Assembly (NCBI GenBank): GCA_048772705.1
Contig: JBLWGC010000176.1
Location: 1-14,122, forward strand
DNA length: 14,122 nt
DNA from: Leidyana gryllorum EB-2025a
Taxonomy: Eukaryota > Protista > Apicomplexa
Direction: 5' to 3'
Part shown: piece after piece, positions 7,003 through 13,925 of the stretch
How the letters are laid out: each line of letters starts with the position of its first letter
How positions within the stretch are numbered: the stretch's first letter is position 1
The notes under the pieces: model-generated
Seen by the model: only the letters and a program-made list of their open reading frames with translations
The model's database searches: none
What the model was told of the DNA's origin: nothing
Program-made: the position numbers and the translations under genes

Positions 7003-7056
7003 GCTCGCAACTTTCAGCGGGCACCAAAATATCAATCTTAAGCGAGATCAACTGTG

Positions 7057-7128
7057 CTCCGAGACCGGGAATCGAACCCGGGTCTTCCGCGTGACAGGCG
7101 GAAATACTAACCACTATACTATCTCGGA
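7057..7128 (-). tRNA. trnD: tRNA-Asp(GTC)
   Basis: Intact cloverleaf, TCCGAGA/TCTCGGA acceptor, G73. Confidence 0.93.
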
Positions 7129-7219
7129 CGCTCCGAACACACCGGCCTCCAATCCCAGAAGTCTTTCTATTTCGGCTCACGGACAAAAAACGCGTGGAGC
7201 GACGAACCAACAAGACTGC

Positions 7220-7299
7220 GGCAAGATGGCCGAGTGGTCTAAGGCGCTGTGTTCAGGCCGCAGTCCGAAAGGGCGTGGGTTCAAATCCAACTCTTGTCA
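7220..7299 (+). tRNA. trnL: tRNA-Leu(CAG)
   Basis: Type II, CTGTG-TT-CAG-GC-CGCAG, A73; one T-stem mismatch. Confidence 0.87.
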
Positions 7300-7359
7300 G
7301 CCATGGTATCGGCACTCGGTCAGCCACTTGATGCGATAGGTCTTCCATGTTGTACGGAT

Positions 7360-7432
7360 GGGCGGCTAGCTCAGATGGTGCAGCGCTCGCTTTGCATGCG
7401 AGAGGTACTGGGATCGATAGCCAGGTCATCCA
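7360..7432 (+). tRNA. trnA: tRNA-Ala(TGC), degenerate
   Basis: CTCGC-TT-TGC-AT-GCGAG on the Ala body; several mismatches. Confidence 0.75.
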
Positions 7433-7518
7433 AACGCCATGCAACTTTGGCTGCGAAACGGCTGGCGCGTGGTCCAAAAACGTGAATGTTGGTATTTCAA
7501 TCTAGTCGAAAAGCTGCC

Positions 7519-7590
7519 GCCTACGTGGCGCAATGGATAGCGCATTGGACTTCTAATCCAAAGGTTGCGAGTTCAGTCTCGCCGTAGGTA
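7519..7590 (+). tRNA. trnR: tRNA-Arg(TCT), 1-nt T-loop deletion
   Basis: GCCTACG/CGTAGGT acceptor, TTGGA-CT-TCT-AA-TCCAA. Confidence 0.85.
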
Positions 7591-7654
7591 GCCAAATGCT
7601 CAGCACTTTACTTCGATGATTTGGCTGACTAGCTGCCTTCGCTGTGGAATGTTG

Positions 7655-7725
7655 CCCACTGTAGTCTGAGTGGCTAGGATATGCGGCCTCACCCGCAAGC
7701 TCCGCGCTCAAGTCCGGCAGTGGAA
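7655..7725 (+). pseudogene. trnE: tRNA-Glu pseudogene
   Basis: Glu body with anticodon-loop deletion and damaged T-arm. Confidence 0.75.
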
Positions 7726-7813
7726 GTCAGTGGTTGAAGTCAGTTGAATACTTGAGCAAAGTGCCCAGCAATCTCCGTCAATAGTGTCTGATTCGTGATC
7801 TTCGGGTTGCATC

Positions 7814-7885
7814 GCCTTCTTAGCTTAGGGGCAGAGCGTTTGCTTCGTAATCGAGAAGTCGCCGGTTCGATTCCGGCAGAAGGCT
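7814..7885 (+). tRNA. trnT: tRNA-Thr(CGT), anticodon stem mismatched
   Basis: Thr body with TT-CGT-AA loop. Confidence 0.75.
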
Positions 7886-8081
7886 TGACTGCATCGACTG
7901 GGCACCTGCAAAGCTTAAGTCTCTCAAGCTCCAATCATCTTAGCCGAGCCTCGTAGTTCAGCCACCAGAGGGTAAGTCTTAGCCACAGAGTCGCAGACTG
8001 GAACCTGCCAGTACTTGAGGCACCCACTAGCTCAACGCAGACTGCGGCCGAGTCTCGGGGTGCTGGAGCTCTTTCTCGAGT

Positions 8082-8152
8082 GCACTTGTGGTCCAAGGGT
8101 AGGATGCGAGCTTCCCATGCTCGCAGCCCGGGTTCGAGTCCCGGCAGGTGCA
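8082..8152 (+). tRNA. trnG: tRNA-Gly(CCC)
   Basis: Intact, CGAGC-TT-CCC-AT-GCTCG. Confidence 0.92.
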
Positions 8153-8231
8153 GCCGATCGTACAGACTTGACCATGGCTGCGACGATATTTCCAACATTC
8201 GGGGGCGAAGAGCAATGCACTTTAGACTGCT

Positions 8232-8303
8232 TGTCCGAGCCAGGAATCGAGCCTGGGTTTGCACGGCTACAACGTGCTGTCCTAACCACTAAACGACTCG
8301 GAC
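8232..8303 (-). tRNA. trnH: tRNA-His body with GTA (Tyr) anticodon
   Basis: Reverse complement GTCCGAG..GCACG-TT-GTA-GC-CGTGC..CTCGGACA; paralog at 9296 has TT-GTG-GC; T54>C. Confidence 0.8.
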
Positions 8304-8403
8304 AATCTTTGAGCGAGACTGTAGAGGTAGCGAAGCATCGATCAGGATGGAATGGAACAGGAGCGTCAGACAAACTACGTTGTAAGAAGTCCACTCCTCA
8401 ACT

Positions 8404-8482
8404 CCCGGTAGGACGGAATTTGCTCGTCGAATATCTGATGCCACCACTACCATCAGATGCGTTGCCATCTAAGCAACTCGGG
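8404..8482 (-). pseudogene. trnY: decayed intron-containing tRNA-Tyr
   Basis: Reverse complement GCATCTGATGGTAG[TGGTGGC]ATCAGATA..ATTCCGTCCTACCGG. Confidence 0.7.
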
Positions 8483-8646
8483 CCGTTAGAGTACTTCGGG
8501 GCGGTACACCGCAGGTCGTGCAATCTTACCGGAACTCGAGTCTGGCACCTTCGAGCACCCCGAAATCCGTGCCGTACTTCTGAGCTTGAGAGCGCCACTG
8601 TTGAGGGTCTGAGGTTGAGCCTTCGAACCTCGCAGCAGTTGGACGG

Positions 8647-8726
8647 CCGGGGGTAGCTCAGTTGGTAGAGCATCTGACTGTGGTGCTGGCATCAGGTAGT
8701 CGGCGGTTCGATTCCGTCCCACCGGA
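8647..8726 (+). tRNA. trnY: tRNA-Tyr body (7-nt intron 8684-8690) with GTG (His) anticodon
   Basis: Canonical D- and T-arms; TCTGA-CT-GTG-G[TGCTGGC]A-TCAGG. Confidence 0.83.
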
Positions 8727-8915
8727 AGTAGAGTGGTGGTTGGCAGACTGCTACTCAACCTGATGGGTTTTGGCAGACATCGTTGATGGGCCAATTGGAA
8801 TGAATCTGGCGAAGAGTCCATGCATATACAACTCAAATCTTGTCTTAGCTGTCGCAGCAGCATATCTTAGACAACCTTGAAGAGACGTGGCGTATTAAGT
8901 CAACAACTGACAGAC

Positions 8916-8978
8916 GGGCTGTTCTGGGAATCAAACCCAGCACTCCTTCCACCCAAGGAATGATCATTCACCAGACCA
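8916..8978 (-). pseudogene. trnP: tRNA-Pro pseudogene, 5'-truncated
   Basis: GGGCTGTTCTGGGAATC.. with anticodon-loop deletion. Confidence 0.72.
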
Positions 8979-9030
8979 CGTCTTGTCAAGAGGGTACAGC
9001 TCTTGGCTAAAGCTGCAGCTGAGGGAGTTG

Positions 9031-9103
9031 TCCACTGTAGTCTAAGTGGCTAGGATATGCGGCTCTCACCCGCATGATCCGGGTTCAAGTCCCGGCAGTG
9101 GAA
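9031..9103 (+). tRNA. trnE: tRNA-Glu(CTC)
   Basis: Intact, TGCGG-CT-CTC-AC-CCGCA. Confidence 0.93.
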
Positions 9104-9163
9104 ATCCAGCTGAGTGTGCTTGTAGGTAACAGTTCCATTCTTACTTCCAGGGAAATAGATCCA

Positions 9164-9236
9164 CACCGCCCGCGGGGCTCGAACCCGCGACTGCAAGATT
9201 AAGAGTCTTGCGCTCTACCGACTGAGCTAGGGCGGC
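9164..9236 (-). tRNA. trnK: tRNA-Lys(CTT)
   Basis: Intact, reverse complement CAAGA-CT-CTT-AA-TCTTG. Confidence 0.93.
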
Positions 9237-9295
9237 AGGAAACCAAGGACACAAAACTCGATAGCCTGACATCTAAAGTGGCTTGGTACCCGATT

Positions 9296-9366
9296 GTCCG
9301 GGTTGTCTAGTGCTTACAACAGCAAGTTGTGGCCGTGCATACCCAGCCCGAATCCTGGCTTCGATA
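9296..9366 (+). pseudogene. trnH: tRNA-His(GTG) pseudogene
   Basis: TT-GTG-GC-CGTGC core, aligns to 8232-8303. Confidence 0.68.
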
Positions 9367-9481
9367 GTATGTCCCCGATGTCTCGAATGGGAGATGTAGG
9401 TGAAGTTTGTCCGAACCCAGGATCGGGCGTAGCTGCCCTCCTCTCTTCGCTACACACTTCCATTTGACGACTCCGTTAGTC

Positions 9482-9554
9482 GGCGACATGGCCTAATGGA
9501 TATGGCATCGGTCTACGGAACCGGGGATTCTGGGGTCGAGTCACGGTAGCGCCT
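9482..9554 (+). pseudogene. trnR: tRNA-Arg(ACG), degenerate 3' half
   Basis: TGGCCTAATGGATATGGC D-arm, TCGGT-CT-ACG-GA-ACCGG; T-arm damaged. Confidence 0.75.
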
Positions 9555-9655
9555 GGGGGAATGACCGGGTTGCAGCCTGTTGAGTCAACAACTCAGATCC
9601 TGTCTTAGCTGTCCGGGATGGGTCGAGTGCCGTGTTGCGTCAACAACTATCAGAC

Positions 9656-9727
9656 GGGCTGTTCTGGGAATCGAACCCAGGACTCCTTCCACCCTAAGGA
9701 AGGATCATACCACTAGACCAAACAGCC
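9656..9727 (-). tRNA. trnP: tRNA-Pro(AGG)
   Basis: Intact cloverleaf. Confidence 0.93.
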
Positions 9728-9781
9728 GACTGGTCGGTGGTGCAAATTGCTGGTAGAGTCGGGAGACTGGTTATAATATGT

Positions 9782-9854
9782 CAGCGGCTAGCTCAAATGG
9801 TAGAGCGCTCGCTTAGCATGCGAGAGGTACTGGGATCGATGCCCAGGTCGTCCA
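9782..9854 (+). tRNA. trnA: tRNA-Ala(AGC), first acceptor pairs broken
   Basis: Matches other Ala copies from position 8 onward; 5' end CAGCGGC. Confidence 0.78.
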
Positions 9855-10144
9855 AACTTCGTAGTCTGCAAGTGCGGCTTTTTTACTACAGAGTTGAAAG
9901 CTTTCAAGTGTGCCCTTTACCCTTGGCTAGACTCGGGCACCGCAGTATGTGTGAAGGTTGCCTCAGAGCCCGGATTTCCGAGTTTGCATTTTACAATCAC
10001 ACACTCTGCCGACTAAGATACCAGAGTCAGTTACGTCAGTTACAATATTTCAAAGGTCAGTAGAGAGACGCGTGTTGCATGTGTCCAGTTGAGGGAGCGC
10101 TAGCCCGGATGGCTCTACCAACTCTTTTTTGGGAAGGACTGATC

Positions 10145-10216
10145 GGTTACTTGGTGTAGTGGTTAGCACTGGGCACTCTAAATCTCCCGACCTAGGTTCG
10201 ATTCCCGGAGCAACCT
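10145..10216 (+). pseudogene. trnQ: tRNA-Gln body with CTA (amber) anticodon; stems damaged
   Basis: GGGCA-CT-CTA-AA-TCTCC, anticodon at 10178-10180; shares GGTTAC and CCTAG variants with the 6795 copy. Confidence 0.78.
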
Positions 10217-10279
10217 CAAAACTAGTCCTCACTTTTTCGTGAAACCTCGCCACTTCTCTTGGTCTGCGGGACCTTCGCC

Positions 10280-10352
10280 GCAGCCATAATCTAGTGGTCA
10301 CCACGTTTGCTTAACACGCAGAAGGTCCCGAGTTCGATCCTCGGTGGCTGTA
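10280..10352 (+). pseudogene. trnV: tRNA-Val(AAC), degenerate D-arm
   Basis: TT-AAC-AC loop, intact T-arm. Confidence 0.75.
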
Positions 10353-10407
10353 GCTCGCAACTTTCAGCGACACCCAAATGAGACAATCTTAAGCGGAATC
10401 AACTGTG

Positions 10408-10515
10408 CTCTGAAACCAAGCATCGAATCCGGGTATTCCGCGTGACAGGCGGAAATACTGACCAGACTTTTGGGGTTGAAGTCCGGCGCGTTGACGAGCG
10501 TCCGAGATGAAATAG
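10408..10515 (-). pseudogene. trnD: tRNA-Asp(GTC) split by a 51-bp inversion
   Basis: 3' part at 10408-10464; the 5' end (TCCGAGAT..) and upstream flank are flipped within 10465-10515. Confidence 0.75.
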
Positions 10516-10573
10516 TTCTTTCTCGAGACTTCACGGGCACAAAACATGCCATGTGGCGAGCCAAGAACACGGC

Positions 10574-10653
10574 GGCAAGATGGCCGGGTGGTCTGAAGCG
10601 CTGTGTTCAGGCCGCAGTTCTAAATCGCGTGGGCTCTAATCTCACGCTTGTCA
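10574..10653 (+). pseudogene. trnL: tRNA-Leu(CAG) pseudogene
   Basis: Anticodon arm intact; variable and T-arms decayed. Confidence 0.75.
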
Positions 10654-10725
10654 TGCATACTATGTCAAAAACCACGGAATGCTATGACGTCTGCACAGCG
10701 GGCGACTAGCTCAACGCTGGATTGT

Positions 10726-10796
10726 GCATCTGCGGTCTAGTGGTAGAATGTCTCGTTGCCACCGAGACGACCCAGGTTCGATTCCCGATAGACGCA
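10726..10796 (+). pseudogene. trnG: tRNA-Gly(GCC), degenerate
   Basis: TCTCG-TT-GCC-AC-CGAGA; T-stem and acceptor mismatches. Confidence 0.78.
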
Positions 10797-10940
10797 GGAG
10801 GCACGCCTCAAACCGCCGTGGCAAATTAACAGAAACGCTAACAAGCTTGGTCGGCACGAGGCCGGGGCATTCTGACACTTGATGTAACAACCCCCTGACA
10901 TAGAATCGAATGTGAGTTACGCGGTGGCACGCCGGTGATC

Positions 10941-11014
10941 GCTCCCCTAGCTCAGCTGGTTAGAGCATCGGCCTTATGTGCCGAAGGTCGAGGGTTCGAT
11001 CCCCCCGGGGAGCA
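10941..11014 (+). tRNA. trnI: tRNA-Ile(TAT), intronless
   Basis: GCTCCCC/GGGGAGC acceptor, TCGGC-CT-TAT-GT-GCCGA; one T-stem mismatch. Confidence 0.9.
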
Positions 11015-11177
11015 AATCCACCCAATGACAGCCGAACGCGACCGCCGAGTACTCCAGCATTTGACACCTATGAGTGCCCTAGCCGGGCAGGCCGACCAGA
11101 AGGCTGTTTGACCTTCAGGTATCATTCTCCCTCGCTTGGAAGAACGTTGCAAGTGGGTGTTGTAGCTCAGTCGGCAG

Positions 11178-11209
11178 AGTCTACCCCCTAACCACTCGGG
11201 CAAGCTGCC
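11178..11209 (-). pseudogene. trnS: tRNA-Ser(AGA) 5' fragment
   Basis: AGTCTACCCCCTAACCACTCGGGCAAGCTGCC matches the Ser copies at 3578 and 12826. Confidence 0.65.
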
Positions 11210-11269
11210 ACCTCCAACTGGGCATCTTGCGCCCAGTGCCGTCACATACGGTTCAGCAAGCTCGACTCG

Positions 11270-11332
11270 GACGTCTCGCGCTGCCCGAACCTGCGGTCTC
11301 CCCTTGCGCTCTACCGACGGACTTGGGGCGGC
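11270..11332 (-). pseudogene. Lys-like pseudogene lacking the anticodon loop
   Basis: Homolog of 3690-3759. Confidence 0.55.
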
Positions 11333-11432
11333 GACGAAGCTCGGACTTAGTAACAAATTCCATTCGTATTGATCGTTGAATCTTGGGCCTTCCTCGGGTA
11401 CAGGGCGAAGCTGTATCAGAGATGCACTCACT

Positions 11433-11506
11433 TGGTCACGCCCGGACTCCAACCGGGGACTCAGAACTTATTAGGCTCACGCTATGGCCGCCTGAAATAC
11501 GCGACC
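11433..11506 (-). pseudogene. trnI: tRNA-Ile(AAT) pseudogene
   Basis: TGGTCACG..CTTATTAGGCTCA..ACGCGACC, homolog of the 3860 copy. Confidence 0.75.
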
Positions 11507-11750
11507 GCTTCAGAGTTGAGGTCAACAGTCACTAGCCGAAGGAGCCGACTGATGTGTTCAGCAAAGCCTTATGATTGGTACTGAACCGGCCACTCCGACC
11601 TTCGTCCACCCCGCCAAGCAGTCATTCCAAAGGCAAATACTGACATCGAGAAGGGGGTGTAACTACACCACTAACAGTCCCGCACGGGAATCCCGACCGA
11701 AGGTGCGCTGGTCCGGATGGCTGTACCGACTCTTTTAGGATGGGCTGAAT

Positions 11751-11822
11751 GGTTGCGTGGTGTAGTGGTTAGCACTGGAGACTTTAAATCTCCCGACCTG
11801 GGTTCGATTCCCGGCGCGACCT
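11751..11822 (+). tRNA. trnQ: intact tRNA-Gln body with TTA (ochre) anticodon
   Basis: Identical to Gln(CTG) at 4791-4862 except the anticodon (11784-11786 = TTA); all stems and A/B boxes intact. Confidence 0.92.
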
Positions 11823-11863
11823 TGGAACTGGTCCTCACTACTTCGTGAAACCTCGCTATCCGT

Positions 11864-11935
11864 GCAGCCATGGTCTAGCGGTACGACGTCTGCTTCACAC
11901 GCAGAAGGTCCCGAGTTCGATCCTCGGTGGCTGTA
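11864..11935 (+). tRNA. trnV: tRNA-Val(CAC)
   Basis: Near-intact; D-loop 1 nt shorter. Confidence 0.88.
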
Positions 11936-11970
11936 GCTTGCAACTTTCAGCGGCAACCAAAGGAGACAAT

Positions 11971-12042
11971 CTCCGACACCGGGCATCGAACCCGGATCTT
12001 CCGCGTGACAGGCAGAAGTCCTGACCACTACTTTATCTCGGA
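11971..12042 (-). pseudogene. trnD: tRNA-Asp(GTC), degenerate
   Basis: Multiple substitutions versus the 7057 copy. Confidence 0.75.
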
Positions 12043-12136
12043 CGCTCGTCAACGCGCCGGACTTCAACCGCGAAAGTCTTCCTTCTCGAAACTTCACGGA
12101 CAAAAAACGCGTGGAGCGACGAACCAACAAGACTGC

Positions 12137-12219
12137 GGCAAGATGGCCGAGTGGTCTAAGGCTCTGTGTTCAGACCGCAGTCCCAAAGGGCGTGGGTTCG
12201 AATCCCACTCTTGTTGTCA
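12137..12219 (+). tRNA. trnL: tRNA-Leu(CAG), 3-bp duplication (TTG) at the 3' acceptor
   Basis: Type II, intact T-arm GTGGG-TTCGAAT-CCCAC. Confidence 0.83.
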
Positions 12220-12289
12220 GCCGTTGTATTGTATTGGTAAGTAGTCCCCTCTCTTCACTGATAGACAGGTCGTTCGAGCTACATACGGC

Positions 12290-12360
12290 TGCACCTGCCG
12301 GGACTCGAACCCGGGTTACGACCTTGGAAGGGTCGCATCTTACCCTAAGACCACAAGTGC
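12290..12360 (-). tRNA. trnG: tRNA-Gly(TCC)
   Basis: Near-identical inverted copy of 2660-2730. Confidence 0.9.
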
Positions 12361-12510
12361 AATTGCGAAAGAGTTGCAGCACCCCGAGACACTCGGGCGA
12401 TTTCTGCGCGCCACCGTCCGCCATACACTCAAAATTGTCCACCGACTTCAAACTCATTGGCATGTGGTCAGGGATGGATTTCCAACATCTTCAACCTTCA
12501 GGTCATCTTT

Positions 12511-12582
12511 AGGGCACGCGCGGAGTTGAACCACGGACTTGCTGATCTGCAGTCAGCTGCTCTACCACTGAGCTACGTACCC
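12511..12582 (-). tRNA. trnC: tRNA-Cys(GCA)
   Basis: Reverse complement GGGTACG..GCTGA-CT-GCA-GA-TCAGC..GGTTCAACTCC..CGTGCCCT, T73. Confidence 0.93.
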
Positions 12583-12678
12583 ACAAAACACCCGTCATAC
12601 TCGCTCAACTCGATTTTGTCTTCTCGTTTGATGCAAAACGGCCGTTATTGTGCACGAGCTTGAACAACAACTAGTCAT

Positions 12679-12749
12679 GCATCTGTGGTCTAGTGGTAGA
12701 ATGTCTCGTTGCCATCGAGACGACCCGGGTTCGATTCCCGGCACATGCA
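12679..12749 (+). tRNA. trnG: tRNA-Gly(GCC)
   Basis: TCTCG-TT-GCC-AT-CGAGA, intact T-arm; one acceptor mismatch. Confidence 0.88.
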
Positions 12750-12825
12750 GAAGACACATGGTTGTTTTTCCACCATTCCAGAAATTCATGCGTGGGTTGA
12801 TGTTTAACCCTCCAACCACATCGCA

Positions 12826-12907
12826 CGACAACTGCTGGATTTGAACCAAAGCGGACCGGGCCCAGTAGATTTCTAGTCTACCCCCTCAATCACTCGGGCA
12901 AGTTGCC
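12826..12907 (-). pseudogene. trnS: full-length tRNA-Ser(AGA), degenerate
   Basis: Reverse complement GGCAACT..GTAGA-CT-AGA-AA-TCTAC..long variable region..GGTTCAAATCC..AGTTGTCG. Confidence 0.78.
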
Positions 12908-12956
12908 GCTGTCGAGCTTGGCATTTTGCAGCCAGTGGCTTCACATACGGTTCAGC

Positions 12957-13028
12957 ACTGCTCCGCCGGCACGAACCCGCGGTTCTCCCATCAAACGTCT
13001 TGCGCGCCACCGACGGAGTTGGGGCGGC
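12957..13028 (-). pseudogene. Lys-like pseudogene
   Basis: Homolog of 3690-3759 and 11270-11332. Confidence 0.55.
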
Positions 13029-13198
13029 AAGGAAGCTCGCCCTGTACCAGGGGAAGGCCCAAGATCCCACGATCAATACAAATGGAATTGGTTACTAAGT
13101 CCGAATCTGTATCAGAGATAAACTCACTGGATCACGCTGACATTCCATATTATCCAAGACGGTACGGCTCTCGGCCGAAGCCTAAACTCGAGCACTTG

Positions 13199-13271
13199 TC
13201 CACTGTAGTCTAAGTGGCTAGGATATGCGGCTTTCACCCGCACGATCCGGGTTCAAGTCCCGGCAGTGGAA
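13199..13271 (+). tRNA. trnE: tRNA-Glu(TTC)
   Basis: Intact cloverleaf. Confidence 0.93.
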
Positions 13272-13347
13272 GTCATTGGACTATTCGAGCAAAGTGCTCC
13301 AGTAACCTCCGTCAATAGTGACTGACTCGTGATCTTTGGCTTGCATT

Positions 13348-13419
13348 GCCTTCTTAGCTTAGGGGCAGAGCATTCGCTTAGTAAGCGAAAGGTCGCCGGT
13401 TCGATTCCGGCAGAAGGCT
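13348..13419 (+). tRNA. trnT: tRNA-Thr(AGT)
   Basis: Intact, TTCGC-TT-AGT-AA-GCGAA. Confidence 0.93.
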
Positions 13420-13468
13420 TTGGTCACGACCCAATCAATTCTATAGCTGTTTCCCTCCTGCGCACACT

Positions 13469-13540
13469 TAGCAGTGCGTCGTTTCGATCGACGGACCTTT
13501 GGGTTATGAGCCCAACACTCTTCCACTGAGCTACACTGCT
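13469..13540 (-). tRNA. trnM: initiator tRNA-Met(CAT)
   Basis: Intact, A1-T72, GATCGAAA T-loop. Confidence 0.93.
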
Positions 13541-13676
13541 CGGTCTGCAACATGGAAGCGGGAGCCGAAATGCGATTCTTGAGATGTTAATTGCCTTGAG
13601 TGCCGAAGTCTGCTAACGAGCTGGCTGCGTTGGTTCTAAAAACTGCTTATCCCATCGGGTCAACCGACAACCAAGA

Positions 13677-13748
13677 GGGCTGTTCTGGGAATTGAACCCA
13701 GGACTCCGTCCACCCTAAGGAAGGATCATACCACTTGAACAAACAGCC
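13677..13748 (-). tRNA. trnP: tRNA-Pro(AGG), with mismatches
   Basis: Homolog of the 9656 copy with about 4 substitutions. Confidence 0.78.
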
Positions 13749-13829
13749 GCCTGTTGGTCGTGCAACCCGCTGAGGACAGTTGAGACATACTATGTTGAGA
13801 ACCAACAAATGCGATGGGGTGTGCACAAG

Positions 13830-13870
13830 GGACAACTAGCTCAAATAGTAGAGCGCTCGCTTGGCATGCG
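13830..13870 (+). pseudogene. trnA: tRNA-Ala 5' half, GGC anticodon
   Basis: TAGCTCAAATAGTAGAGCGCTCGC-TT-GGC-ATGCG, then truncated. Confidence 0.7.
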
Positions 13871-13925
13871 CACTGCATGGAAGACCTATTGGATGCAGTG
13901 GCTGACCGACTGCCCACACAACGGC

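Larger units (their letters stand above)
6285..7300 (+). repeat. Pro-Ala-spacer-Gln(CTA)-Val(AAC)-Asp-Leu block, diverged direct repeat of about 9656-10655
   Basis: Same gene order and orientation, homologous spacers (e.g. CGCAGTATGTGTGAAGGTTGCCTC..GAGCCCGGATTTCCGAGTTTG). Confidence 0.88.

Noticed and set aside
8480-9580. 5S rRNA-like snippets (GGGCCGTTAGAGTACTT near 8480; CGCCTGGGGGAATGACCGGG near 9550)
   Set aside because: Only short, non-contiguous resemblance that overlaps tRNA ends; no 120-nt 5S structure can be built.
11100-11178. Extra tRNA genes (Pro-like GGCTGTTTG.. and a TAGCTCAGTCGGCAGAG D-arm)
   Set aside because: Only short fragments with no assignable anticodon or T-arm.
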